A stretch of DNA of 53,643 bases from Candidatus Omnitrophota bacterium (GCA_043812955.1 JBDRLN010000067.1:1-53643), one strand, 5' to 3'. Shown: positions 10,412-20,347, numbered from the stretch's first letter. The notes: generated by a model not told the origin, from the sequence alone. Made by a program: numbers and translations.

Positions 10412-11506
10412 TCACGGGTATTCTCCGCTTCTGCCGATATTCATTAGTATACCTACGCTAACCATATCAAATAAAAACGATGAACCGCCATAACTAATAA
10501 ATGGTAACGGCAACCCCTTAGTAGGTAAGGCCCCGCAGGAGACTCCAATATTCACTACAGCCTTAAGCGAAATCATTAAAACCAACCCAAGACTCAATAA
10601 ATAACCAAATTTATCCGGGGCATTCTTCATGATCTTGATTCCCTGCCGGATAAAAATAATATAAAGGGCGATTACCCCGATCGTCCCGACCAAACCCAAT
10701 TCCTCTCCGATAATAGAGAATATAAAATCAGTATGGGCTGCCGGAAGATAAAATAATTTCTGCATAGACTGGCCTAACCCCACACCGAATATCCCGCCTG
10801 AGCCCAAAGCCAACTGGGACTGGATAATCTGAAACCCTATCCCCTTAGGATCAACCCAGGGATTAATAAATGCCATTATCCTCATCCTGCGGTAAGGCAC
10901 ACTGAATATCAATACATAAAGCGCGGGAATAAAACTTAAAGCTATGCCCAAAAGATAATGCGGTCTCACGCCCCCGATAAAAAGCATGATAAAAACCACT
11001 ACCCCCATAGTCAAAGAAGTACCCAAATCCGGCTGGACCAGAATCAAAAGCACGGTAAATCCTAAGACGAACATCACCGGTATAAAACCCTTCCAGTTAG
11101 TTCTGATCTCGTCTTTTTTACGGGAGATAAAATCCGCCACATAGATTATTATAGCAATATTAGCCAGCTCTGAAGGCTGAAAACTGATAAACTTGAAAAA
11201 TCTAAACCACCTCCTGGCCCCGGACACCTCCCTTCCGATCCCCGGAATTAAAACCAGGATCAACAATAAAATAGAAACCAGTACTAAAGGTTTGGCATAC
11301 CTCCTAAACTTGTGATAATCAAATCCCATGACCAGGAAAGTAAGGACTATTCCAATGCCTAAAAAAGCCAGGTGCCTTTTCAAAAAAAAGAATCCGTCTT
11401 TATATTTCTCCCAGGCATAGATGGAAGAAGCGCTATAGATCATTACGATCCCTACGCAGATCAAAATAACAGTTGTCGTAAATATGCTTATTCTTATCTG
11501 GCGCAT
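10412..11506 (-). CDS. ftsW: SEDS peptidoglycan polymerase FtsW
   Basis: MIYSAS, GARRW, FQPSE, QPDLG, LPAAHTDFIF...EELG, LPFISYGGS. Confidence 0.95.
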   Translation of the reverse strand: MRQIRISIFTTTVILICVGIVMIYSASSIYAWEKYKDGFFFLKRHLAFLGIGIVLTFLVMGFDYHKFRRYAKPLVLVSILLLILVLIPGIGREVSGARRWFRFFKFISFQPSELANIAIIIYVADFISRKKDEIRTNWKGFIPVMFVLGFTVLLILVQPDLGTSLTMGVVVFIMLFIGGVRPHYLLGIALSFIPALYVLIFSVPYRRMRIMAFINPWVDPKGIGFQIIQSQLALGSGGIFGVGLGQSMQKLFYLPAAHTDFIFSIIGEELGLVGTIGVIALYIIFIRQGIKIMKNAPDKFGYLLSLGLVLMISLKAVVNIGVSCGALPTKGLPLPFISYGGSSFLFDMVSVGILMNIGRSGEYP

Positions 11507-12768
11507 TCTCTTTTTATCAAGCGATTGACTGTCTTTTTAAAAACTCTGCCCCTGTCTTCATAGCTTATAAACATATCAAAACTTGAACACATCGGCGATA
11601 ATAATACGCAATCGCCGGCAGCGGCATTTAAATAAGCCTTTTTTACAGCCTCTTCCATACTTAAGGCATAATCCACAGGTAAAGTTTTTTTAAAGGCTTG
11701 TTTTATTTTATCTCTGGCCTCACCCATCAGGATCGCCCGCTTTACTTTTTTTCGAGCCTGCGCAAGTACCAGCGAATAATCAACGCCTTTGTGCTTTCCC
11801 CCGGCGATTAAAATTATCCGGCTATTTATATTCTCTAAAGCCCAGACTGTTGATTCCGCGGTAGTAGCCTTGGAGTCATTGATAAACTTGACCTTATTTA
11901 AAACACCTACGTATTCCATCCGGTGCTCTATCCCCTTAAACTCCTTAAAAACCTTAGCGCAGAGATCTTGTTTTATCCCGAATATAGAAACCACTTTAAC
12001 TACTGCCGCCTGGTTAGGATTAAATTTAGCAGTCTTCGTAAAATTAACTACTTTCACCTTTTGCCCCCGGGCTAAACCCTTAAGTCGCTGATCATCGGCA
12101 TTTAAAACTAAGAAATCACCCTTATCCTGATTTTTAAAAATGCGTTTTTTAGCCTCTAGGTATTCCCGCATATCCTTATACCGGTCCAAATGATTTCGGC
12201 AGAAATTAAGGATGACTGAAACCCTCGGCTTGAAACTATCTGTCTTCTCCAGCTGGAACGAACTGACTTCTAAAACGACAAAATCATCTTTTTTAATTCT
12301 CCTGACTTCTCCGCAAAAAGGATTGCCGATATTTCCGCAGGTAAAAACTTTTTTTCCTGCTTTTTTCAATATTTTAGCAATCAGGGTAGTCACGGTAGTC
12401 TTGCCGTTAGAACCGGTAACCGCTATTATCGTACCGGGACATATTATACCAGCTACCTCTATCTCACTGATCACCGGTATGCCTTCTTCTTTAGCCCAGG
12501 CAATAGGTGAAGCATTATCTGGTACGCCCGGCGAAACAACTACCATGTCCCTTCCCTTTATAAACTTATGAGAATGCCTGCCTAATTCAAACTTTATTCG
12601 CGGAGATTTTAGTTTTTGGGCATTTAGACGGGTAGAATCATTATCAAGATTATCTGTAACGCTAACCCTAGCTCCCAGATTATGTAATAAATTAGCGCAG
12701 GATAAACCACTCTTAGCCAGGCCTACAATAGCAATCGCCTTACCTTTAAAATAATCTTTATTAATCAT
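11494..12768 (-). CDS. murD: UDP-MurNAc-L-Ala--D-glutamate ligase
   Basis: GLAKSG, VSPGVP, TGSNGKTT, EVSSFQL, HLDRY, INDSKAT, LLSPMCSSFD. Confidence 0.95.
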   Translation of the reverse strand: MINKDYFKGKAIAIVGLAKSGLSCANLLHNLGARVSVTDNLDNDSTRLNAQKLKSPRIKFELGRHSHKFIKGRDMVVVSPGVPDNASPIAWAKEEGIPVISEIEVAGIICPGTIIAVTGSNGKTTVTTLIAKILKKAGKKVFTCGNIGNPFCGEVRRIKKDDFVVLEVSSFQLEKTDSFKPRVSVILNFCRNHLDRYKDMREYLEAKKRIFKNQDKGDFLVLNADDQRLKGLARGQKVKVVNFTKTAKFNPNQAAVVKVVSIFGIKQDLCAKVFKEFKGIEHRMEYVGVLNKVKFINDSKATTAESTVWALENINSRIILIAGGKHKGVDYSLVLAQARKKVKRAILMGEARDKIKQAFKKTLPVDYALSMEEAVKKAYLNAAAGDCVLLSPMCSSFDMFISYEDRGRVFKKTVNRLIKRECAR

Positions 12769-12774
12769 TAAAAC

Positions 12775-13866
12775 CTATCTGATCTTTAAAGTAACTACGG
12801 TTAGCAGAGCGAGGAGGCTGGCCATTATCCAAAACCGCACAATCACCTTATTTTCCGGCCAGTTCAAGAATTCAAAATGGTGATGCAAAGGCGCGCAGTT
12901 AAAAATACGCTTTTTAGTCAGACGAAATGATACTACCTGCAGGATCACTGAAAGCGCTTCCAGGACAAATATGCCGCCGACAATAACCAGAAGCAGCTCT
13001 TTCTTGATTAAAAGGGCTACTGTGCCTAAAGCCCCACCCAAAGCCAAAGAACCCACATCACCCATAAATACCGATGCTGGATAGCAGTTAAACCATAAAA
13101 ACCCTAAACCCGCGCCTATAATACTGGCGCAAAATACCGTTAACTCACCGCTGCCTTTAATAAAAGGGACTAAAAGATAATCGCTTATCTTTATGTTCCC
13201 GCTAACATAACTTAAAACCCCATAGGCTAAGGCTACCATAACTACAATACCGATTGCCAGGCCATCCAGCCCGTCAGTAAGATTTACGGCATTAGAAGTT
13301 CCGGTAATAACCAAGATCACAAAGAATATGTAAAAAATTCCTAAATCAATAACAACATCTTTTAAAAAAGGAATGTCGATCTTGGTAGAATTACCCGAGT
13401 CAATAAAAAGTATCCCTCCTAAGATTAACCCCAAAATTATCTGGCTGCTGAATTTAGTTGTAACAGTCAACCCTTTAGAGCACTTTCTCACGTATTTTAA
13501 ATAATCATCGGCAAAACCAGTGATCCCCAGCCAGATAGTGACAAATAAAGCCAGGAGCACATATTTATTCAGAAAATCACCCCATAATAAATTAGAAACC
13601 ACAATGGATATCAATATCAATACTCCTCCCATTGTCGGAGTGCCCTGTTTCTTCTTATGCTTTTCATGCAAGGTCTTGCTGACATCCTCATTCCTTATAT
13701 TCTGCCCCATATTCCAGCGGGACAGCATTTTAATTACTAAAGGGCCAAGAATCAGGCTGATAATAAAAGCAGTCAGACAAGCCATTGCCGCTCGGAAGCT
13801 AATATAACGGAAGATATTTAGAAAAGAAACCGACTGGTGTAGGGGATAAAGCAGGTAATATAACAT
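12775..13866 (-). CDS. mraY: Phospho-MurNAc-pentapeptide transferase
   Basis: KQGTPTMGG, GFADDY, SNAVNLTDGLDGL, FMGDVGS, APLHHHFE. Confidence 0.96.
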   Translation of the reverse strand: MLYYLLYPLHQSVSFLNIFRYISFRAAMACLTAFIISLILGPLVIKMLSRWNMGQNIRNEDVSKTLHEKHKKKQGTPTMGGVLILISIVVSNLLWGDFLNKYVLLALFVTIWLGITGFADDYLKYVRKCSKGLTVTTKFSSQIILGLILGGILFIDSGNSTKIDIPFLKDVVIDLGIFYIFFVILVITGTSNAVNLTDGLDGLAIGIVVMVALAYGVLSYVSGNIKISDYLLVPFIKGSGELTVFCASIIGAGLGFLWFNCYPASVFMGDVGSLALGGALGTVALLIKKELLLVIVGGIFVLEALSVILQVVSFRLTKKRIFNCAPLHHHFEFLNWPENKVIVRFWIMASLLALLTVVTLKIR

Positions 13867-15255
13867 CTATTTTATTATCTCTCCCATTTTCAGCGAATGC
13901 GAACCTTTTATCAGGATAACGTCATTTTTGCCGGGAGCGACTTTTTTAAATAATATCTCTTTGGCTGTTAAAGAATTGCTGCAATTGTATAGATTATTCT
14001 TATTAAAACCAGCATCCCTGGCTGCTTTAAATGCCTTCCGGGATAACTTACCTACTGTTATAAACACATCGCATATCTTAGCCGCCTGCTTACCTGCCCA
14101 AAGATGAAAAAAACCCTCTTTTCTTCCCAGCTCCAGCATATCGCCCATTAAAAATATCTTTCTACCGCTGGTTTTAATACTCTCCAGAGCCGCCAGGGCC
14201 TGCCCTAATGAAACGGGGTTAGCATTATAGCTATCATCAATAAAATTTATCCCTTTAAACTTTATAGTTTTTAACCTGCCTTCAGGAAAATCAAAAGCGG
14301 ATAACCTAACAGCGCATCCATCCTTACTGATACCGAATATCCTAGCTATTGCTATAGCGGAAAGCGCGTTGTAGATATTATGATACCCTAAGGTATTCAG
14401 GGTAAATTTATGGTGGTTATTTAAACAAAAGGAAACCTTTCCCTTATCGCAAGTTATTTTAGACGCAAAAAAATCCGCTGCGCCCCTGATACCTGTACCT
14501 ATAATAACTTCATTTTTGGGTTTGGCAAAGATTTTCTTTCTTAAGCAAGGATCATCGCCATTTAGTATTCCGATACCGGGTTTACGGAGATGTTTAAATA
14601 AAGAATACTTCTCCTTTAAAACCCCCCTTAAGCTGCGCAGGTATTGTAAATGTGCTAGCCCGATATTAGTAATCACGCCTAAATTTGGCTCACAGATTCC
14701 GGACAGATTAGCTACTTCCCCGAAATGGTTTGTGCCTATCTCCAGTACCACGATATCATATTGATCATTAAGCCTTAAAAGCGTCATCGGTAAACCAATA
14801 TGATTATTCTTAGTCCCTTCATTCTTAAGCACCCTGAATTTTTTCGATAATATCCAAGAAATCATCTCCTTGGTAGTAGTTTTGCCGTTAGAGCCGGTAA
14901 CCGCGATAACCGGGACATCATACCTCTGGCGGTTAAACCTAGCTAGATCTCCTAAGGCTTTGATCGTATCCTTAACTTTGATAAATGCTATTTTTCCCAG
15001 TGACCTGGTATCTTGGTATCCTGGTCTGCTGGTGTCCTGGTGTCCTGGTAACTGATATATAATTGCTTTAGCCCCTTTGGCAATAGCCTCAGGAATAAAC
15101 TTATGGCCGTCAAAATTATCGCCTTTAATACAGATAAAGGCCTCATCTTTATTAATACTCCGGGAGTCGATGGAAAATCCTTTAACCTCAATTACAGTCC
15201 CGGAATTAATAACCCTTCCTCCTGTTGCCTTTACTATTTCGCTTAAGCTAAACAT
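13867..15255 (-). CDS. murF: UDP-MurNAc-tripeptide--D-Ala-D-Ala ligase (with in-frame repeat insert)
   Basis: IDSR, TGSNGKTTTKE, NNHIGLP, DDSYNANP, GDMLELG, IKGSH. Confidence 0.94.
   Translation of the reverse strand: MFSLSEIVKATGGRVINSGTVIEVKGFSIDSRSINKDEAFICIKGDNFDGHKFIPEAIAKGAKAIIYQLPGHQDTSRPGYQDTRSLGKIAFIKVKDTIKALGDLARFNRQRYDVPVIAVTGSNGKTTTKEMISWILSKKFRVLKNEGTKNNHIGLPMTLLRLNDQYDIVVLEIGTNHFGEVANLSGICEPNLGVITNIGLAHLQYLRSLRGVLKEKYSLFKHLRKPGIGILNGDDPCLRKKIFAKPKNEVIIGTGIRGAADFFASKITCDKGKVSFCLNNHHKFTLNTLGYHNIYNALSAIAIARIFGISKDGCAVRLSAFDFPEGRLKTIKFKGINFIDDSYNANPVSLGQALAALESIKTSGRKIFLMGDMLELGRKEGFFHLWAGKQAAKICDVFITVGKLSRKAFKAARDAGFNKNNLYNCSNSLTAKEILFKKVAPGKNDVILIKGSHSLKMGEIIK
14996..15051. repeat. 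Degenerate 8-nt tandem repeat, 7 units (consensus ACACCAGG on minus strand), inside murF
   Basis: TTACCAGG ACACCAGG ACACCAGC AGACCAGG ATACCAAG ATACCAGG TCACTGGG; encodes LPGHQDTSRPGYQDTRSLG. Confidence 0.85.
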
Positions 15256-16711
15256 TCTCTAACTTCCTCTCGGTCATCAAAATGGATAGTTTTATTTTTG
15301 AATATCTGATAATTTTCATGGCCTTTGCCCGCTACTAAGACTATATCGCCGGTCTTAGCTAAAGAAATAGCCTTTTTTATAGCCTCTCTCCTGTCAGGCA
15401 AAATGCGGTAATTATTTTTTACTGTTCCCTTAATAATATCTGCGATTATGGCATTCGGATTTTCGCTGCGGGGATTATCATTGGTAATTAAAAAAAGGTC
15501 GGCTAGGCCAGAAACTACCCTGGCCATTTTTGGCCGTTTAGTTTTATCCCGATCGCCTCCGCAGCCAAATACAACAATAATTTTCTTAGGCCGCAACTGC
15601 CTTAAAGTAGTAATGACATTTTTTAAGGCATCGTCAGTATGGGCATAATCCACGAATACGCAAAAACCTTTAGGAAAATCTATCTTTTCAAGCCTTCCCG
15701 GGACCAGAGTGATTTTTTCTAAAGCCCTCCGAATGACCTGCGGGCCAAAACCCTGAGCCATGGCCCAGCCGGCAGCGGCTAAAACATTATAAATATTATG
15801 CCTGCCAATCAGCTTAGTTTTTATATTTAATTTATGGTTTAGCCCCTTTAAGGTGAATTCCGTACCGTTAATATCCGTCTGGATATCCCGGGCATAAACA
15901 TCAGCTTTATTTTCTATTGCATAAGTAACTATTCTTTTCTGGGAAAGCATTTTTTTAAGCCTGCGGCCGTATCTATCATCAACATTAATAACGCTAAAAC
16001 TTTTTTTGCTTAAATCATTAAACAGCTTAACCTTAGATAGAAAATAATCCTCCATATTTTGATGATAATCCAGGTGGTCCTGGGTAAGATTAGTAAAAAT
16101 AGCTGATGAGAAATTTATCCCTCCTACCCTATCCTGGTCTAAGGCATGAGAAGAAACTTCTATTACCGCATAATCACACCCCTGATCTGACATTTTTTTT
16201 AACATCCCCTGTAATTCCAGAGGGCCTGGGGTGGTGTTTTTAGAAGAAATAGTCCTGGCATTAAAACGGTAATTTATTGTACCTATAACTGCCGGACAGT
16301 TTTCTGCTTCTTTTAACATGGCCTCGATTAAATAAGTTACTGTAGTTTTCCCATTTGTCCCAGTCACTCCGATCACCTTGATTTTAGAACTGGGATTTCC
16401 CGAGAATTCGCTGGCTAATTTTGCTAAAGCCTTGCGCGAGTCTTTTACTTTGATGAATAGTATCTTTCCTGATGTCTTGGTGTCCCGGTGTCCCGGTGTC
16501 CCGGTGTCTGATATATAACGGCTTTGGCCCCTTTGGCAATAGCCTCAGGGATAAACTTATGGCCGTCATACTTATTCCCTTTAACTGCCACAAAGATATA
16601 ATTATCTTTAACCAATTTAGAATTACAGGCAATACCCCTGACCTGAAAATCCTTAAAACCGGCAGGGATGAAAGCGTAATCTAAAACTTTAATCAGTTGG
16701 TAAAGAATCAT
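15243..16711 (-). CDS. murE: UDP-MurNAc-dipeptide--diaminopimelate ligase, split by a frameshift at an 8-nt tandem repeat
   Basis: N-domain in ORF 16445-16711; continues in another frame as GKILFIKVKDSRKALAKLASEFSGNPSSKIKVIGVTGTNGKTT into ORF 15243-16376 (EVSSH, DHLDYH, DYAHT, DNPR, GKGHE). Confidence 0.9.
16468..16507. repeat. 8-nt tandem repeat, 5 units (ACACCGGG x3, ACACCAAG, ACATCAGG), inside murE
   Basis: Read directly; coincides with the frameshift. Confidence 0.9.
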
Positions 16712-18413
16712 TTAAAACAATCTCCTGGTTTTGAGCCTGAGTAACCTTAAGGTATTTAAGGACATCTTCAGAGACATTTTTAAATACCGGAGCTGAAACT
16801 ACCCCTCCGAAATAATAAGGATGGGGTTCATCCAAAACTACCACTATGGCTATAGTAGGGTTTTCTATAGGAGCAAAACCGATAAATGAAGCTATAAACT
16901 GATCATGAGAATAAGCGCCGTTAGTCTCGAGCTTCTGGGCAGTCCCGGTCTTACCGGCTGCTCTAAAATTACTCATTTTGGCTAATTTACCGGTACCTCT
17001 TTCCACAACCCCGGCCATTATTTTTTTAATCCGCGAAGCAGTATCAACAGTAATGGCCCTTCTTAAGACCAGAGGAGAGAATTTATTAATAGTCTGGCCG
17101 TATTTATCCCTAATCTCCCTGACAATATAAGGTTTCATTAATTGCCCCCCATTGGCTATAACCGATACAGCCGAGGCCAATTGTAAAGCGGTTACTCCAA
17201 CTTCCTGGCCTATAGGCACTGCCCCGATAGACGTCTTAGACCAGAATCTCGGCTCTTTAATCATCCCGGATATTTCTCCGGGCATATCAATGCCTAGTTT
17301 AGAACCAAACCCGAATAATTTAACATAACGATAAATGATCTCCGGGCCTAACATCTGGGCTATTTTTGTGGTGCCGATATTGCTGGATTGTTCAATTACC
17401 TCTCTGAAGGTCAATATTCCGTGCTTCTTGTGGTCATGCAGAATGTGATTGGCTACACGGTAAGCCCCATTCTCACAGAAGAATTTATCCTCTTCATTTA
17501 CCCTCTTCTCCTCCAGCGCGGCAGACGCGGTAACAATTTTGAATACTGAGCCGGGTTCGAATAAATCGCATACTGAACGATTGCGTATTTGCTCTTTATC
17601 TACAGATTTATATTCATTTAGGTCAAATGTGGGACGGTTAGCCATAGCCAGGATCTCGCCCGTATAAGGATTCATTACCACGATACTGGCTCCCTTAGCG
17701 TGATAGGTGTTAAAAGCCTTATCCAGCTCTCTTTCGGCGATATACTGGATCACCTCATCAATGGTCAAGACCAAATCATATCCGTCTTTAGGCAAAAGCA
17801 TATTATTATAAAGATCTAATTTCTTCTGGCGGGCATCCCTTAGGATAAATGACCATCCCGGTTCTCCCTTAAGATATTTATCATAGGTTAATTCCAGGCC
17901 CTCCAACCCCGCGTTATCTAAACCGGCAAAACCGATCACCTGGCTCCCCAAGTATATATTCGGATAGCAACGCTTGCTCTCTTTAATAAAACCAATGCCT
18001 TTAAGATTAAGCTTGCGGATTGCCTGGCTTTGTTCAGCGGTTATCTTACGGGCCAGCCAGATAAACGATTTATCCTTAGCCAGCCTATCTTTTAAATATG
18101 CCTGATTTAGGTTCAATACAGACGCTAATATCTCGGTAATTAACTGTTTATCTTTTTCCTTTATATCCCGGGGAGTGGCATAAATCGAATCAACTGAAAT
18201 ATTAACTGCCTGGGGTTTAAGGTTGGTATCGTAAATAACCCCCCGGCGCGGCTCTAATTCAATAAACAGATTATGCTGTTTTTTAGCAACGCCGGCCAGG
18301 TATTCGGAACGAAAAAACTGGATATATAAAAGGCGGGTTACACAAAAAAGCAGGAAAATAATACATAATAAAAATACCGCTTCTGTTTTGCGGTGATAGT
18401 TGGCTATATACAC
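16689..18413 (-). CDS. ftsI: Class B penicillin-binding protein FtsI/PBP3
   Basis: N-terminal TM, RGVIYD, R.YP, GLEGLE, EPGSVFK (SxxK), SSN, KTGT. Confidence 0.93.
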   Translation of the reverse strand: MYIANYHRKTEAVFLLCIIFLLFCVTRLLYIQFFRSEYLAGVAKKQHNLFIELEPRRGVIYDTNLKPQAVNISVDSIYATPRDIKEKDKQLITEILASVLNLNQAYLKDRLAKDKSFIWLARKITAEQSQAIRKLNLKGIGFIKESKRCYPNIYLGSQVIGFAGLDNAGLEGLELTYDKYLKGEPGWSFILRDARQKKLDLYNNMLLPKDGYDLVLTIDEVIQYIAERELDKAFNTYHAKGASIVVMNPYTGEILAMANRPTFDLNEYKSVDKEQIRNRSVCDLFEPGSVFKIVTASAALEEKRVNEEDKFFCENGAYRVANHILHDHKKHGILTFREVIEQSSNIGTTKIAQMLGPEIIYRYVKLFGFGSKLGIDMPGEISGMIKEPRFWSKTSIGAVPIGQEVGVTALQLASAVSVIANGGQLMKPYIVREIRDKYGQTINKFSPLVLRRAITVDTASRIKKIMAGVVERGTGKLAKMSNFRAAGKTGTAQKLETNGAYSHDQFIASFIGFAPIENPTIAIVVVLDEPHPYYFGGVVSAPVFKNVSEDVLKYLKVTQAQNQEIVLNDSLPTD

Positions 18414-18456
18414 AATTGTCCGTGAATGGAAAAAATATATTTCTTATTTTTTAAAA

Positions 18457-18828
18457 CTAAGGGCCGATCGTCTTGGCTTCAACCTGTCTTTTGATACTGA
18501 ACACCCGGGATAATAGGCTTTCCCGAAGAAGTAGCTTATTGGAAGCAACTCCCGCCCCCTGCTGGCTCGAGTCTAGTTTTACCAATAAATAATTATCCGG
18601 CATTTGAAAATCATTAGATCCTAAGACCTTGCTCCCCATCCGGATCAAAGAGGTATTCTTTTTAAGATTATACCTCAATAAGGAATTCTTATCCAATAGT
18701 TCCTGAAAAAGGGCTAATTTCTTTTGGCTGACATAGGCCAGCTTAAAGACTTCGGCCTGCTGCCAGACATAAAGTACGCAGAAAAAAGTGATAAAAATAA
18801 CCAGGAATATAAACTTGGAGAATTTCAT
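18457..18828 (-). CDS. Probable FtsL-like cell division protein
   Basis: Single N-terminal TM plus leucine-rich helix; located between rsmH and ftsI. Confidence 0.55.
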   Translation of the reverse strand: MKFSKFIFLVIFITFFCVLYVWQQAEVFKLAYVSQKKLALFQELLDKNSLLRYNLKKNTSLIRMGSKVLGSNDFQMPDNYLLVKLDSSQQGAGVASNKLLLRESLLSRVFSIKRQVEAKTIGP

Positions 18829-18829
18829 T

Positions 18830-19723
18830 TTATATCCTTTGGGCAGCCCTCAGTTTTGCGCTGCGGCTGCGCTGATTCGCAGCCATCTCTTCATCTGAAG
18901 GCTCCAGCGGTTTCTTAGTAACTATTTTAACCAGGTCTGCAGCAGCAAATTTACGAAAACTTAATTTTACAATCCTGTCTTCGAGAGAATGAAACGCGAT
19001 CACGCAGATCTTGCCTTTCTCGTTCAGTAAACTAACTGACTTTTCCAGCGCGATCTCCAACACTTCCAACTCCCTATTAACAGCTATGCGCACTGCTTGA
19101 AAAGTCCGGGTAGCCGGATGAATCCGGTAATACCTGTATTTGTAAGGCACCGCCTTAACAATAATGTCGCTCAAATCAGTGGTAGTGGCTATAGCCTGCC
19201 GCTGCCTTTCAGCTACCAGACGATGGGCGATACGGTTATGCCACCTTTCCTGGCCAAAAGTCCAGAGAAGGCTGGATATCTCATCTTCATTTAAATTATT
19301 AACCAGGTCATAAGCCGAAATATAACTTTTGCGGTCCAGTCGCATATCTAAAGGCCCTTCAGTCTGAAAGCTAAAACCCCTCTGGGGATTAGCCAATTGG
19401 TAGGAAGAAATACCTAAGTCCAATAATATTCCGTCTACTTTATTAATGCTTAGACTTTTTAGGATGGAGTCGATTTCGGAGAAATTACCGTAAACAAATT
19501 CACAGGAATCTTTATAATCAGAAAGCCTGACCTTCGCTACACCTAAAGATTCCTCATCCCGGTCAATTCCAATCAGCCTACCGCCGGGAGAAATTCTCTT
19601 GATTATCTCTTCACTGTGCCCGCCGGTGCCAATAGTGGCATCAACAATGATCTTACCAGGCGAAAGGTCTAGATAATCTAGCGCTTCTTTCAACATAACA
19701 GGGGTATGATACTTAAGTTCCAT
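18830..19723 (-). CDS. rsmH: 16S rRNA m4C1402 methyltransferase
   Basis: HTPVM, DATIGTGGHS, DLGISSYQL, RGFSF, PLDMR, HPATRTFQA, FHSLEDRIVK. Confidence 0.96.
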   Translation of the reverse strand: MELKYHTPVMLKEALDYLDLSPGKIIVDATIGTGGHSEEIIKRISPGGRLIGIDRDEESLGVAKVRLSDYKDSCEFVYGNFSEIDSILKSLSINKVDGILLDLGISSYQLANPQRGFSFQTEGPLDMRLDRKSYISAYDLVNNLNEDEISSLLWTFGQERWHNRIAHRLVAERQRQAIATTTDLSDIIVKAVPYKYRYYRIHPATRTFQAVRIAVNRELEVLEIALEKSVSLLNEKGKICVIAFHSLEDRIVKLSFRKFAAADLVKIVTKKPLEPSDEEMAANQRSRSAKLRAAQRI

Positions 19724-19735
19724 TGCAAAAAACTC

Positions 19736-20182
19736 TTACTGCTGCTTGACATCTATAAGCTTCTCGGCGATCTCCTCAAAAGACTGCCGCCAATTTCCAT
19801 AAAACTCAACCCACTTCTCTTTAGACCAGATTTCGATCCTGTTGGATATGCCGGCGATTATAACGTCTTTTTTAATCTCGGCAAAATCCTTAAGGTACTG
19901 AGGCAATAAAATCCTCCCCTGCCTATCCGGGATCATATCCATAGCGCCGGAAAAATAGATCCGGTTAAAAATACGGGATTCCTGTTTGGTAAAAGAAACG
20001 GCTTTAAATTTCTGTTCCTGCTGTTTCCATTCTTCTTCCCCAAACATAAAAAGACACTTATCCAGGCCCCGGGTAACAAAGAATTTTTCAATAAAATTAT
20101 TCTTGGATACCTCGCGGAATTTAGCCGGAAGAATTAATCTACCCTTACGGTCTATAGAATGGAGAAACTCCCCGTAAAACAT
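19736..20182 (-). CDS. mraZ: Division/cell wall cluster repressor MraZ
   Basis: MFYGEF.HSIDRKGRLILP, DRQGRILLP, RIEIWS. Confidence 0.95.
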   Translation of the reverse strand: MFYGEFLHSIDRKGRLILPAKFREVSKNNFIEKFFVTRGLDKCLFMFGEEEWKQQEQKFKAVSFTKQESRIFNRIYFSGAMDMIPDRQGRILLPQYLKDFAEIKKDVIIAGISNRIEIWSKEKWVEFYGNWRQSFEEIAEKLIDVKQQ

Positions 20183-20270
20183 AAGTGAGCAGATAACTTA
20201 CGTTAATTCACTGCGTGCGTTACGTAAGTTATAGCTTCCTCCTTTTTTATGTATTAGCGTCTGCGAGCTT

Positions 20271-20347
20271 ACCCAGCACCTTTTTTGTATTCAATATCTT
20301 TTTAATGCTTAAATTTAAATCTATCCTGTATTTAAAAGGTACCGGGT
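20271..20347. mobile_element. Diverged copy of the CCCCGCACC MITE family in the mraZ leader
   Basis: ACCCAGCACCTTTT...AAAAGGTACCGGGT, 77 bp; shares CACCTTTTTT.TATTCAATAT with the reverse complement of unit 10332-10411. Confidence 0.6.

Noticed and set aside
10174-10414. CRISPR-like repeat-spacer appearance
   Set aside because: The 'spacers' are homologous to each other and to solo copies elsewhere, and no cas genes are present; tandem MITEs explain it better.
14996-16568. Diversity-generating retroelement TR/VR pair (murE/murF near-duplicate)
   Set aside because: There is no reverse transcriptase, only four mismatches without a clear adenine-specific pattern on the coding strand, and both copies are inside core genes.
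14988-16632. Alternative-frame ORFs 14988-15191 and 16384-16632 that resemble each other
   Set aside because: The resemblance is a by-product of the shared murE/murF DNA tract and 8-mer repeats; they are not separate genes.
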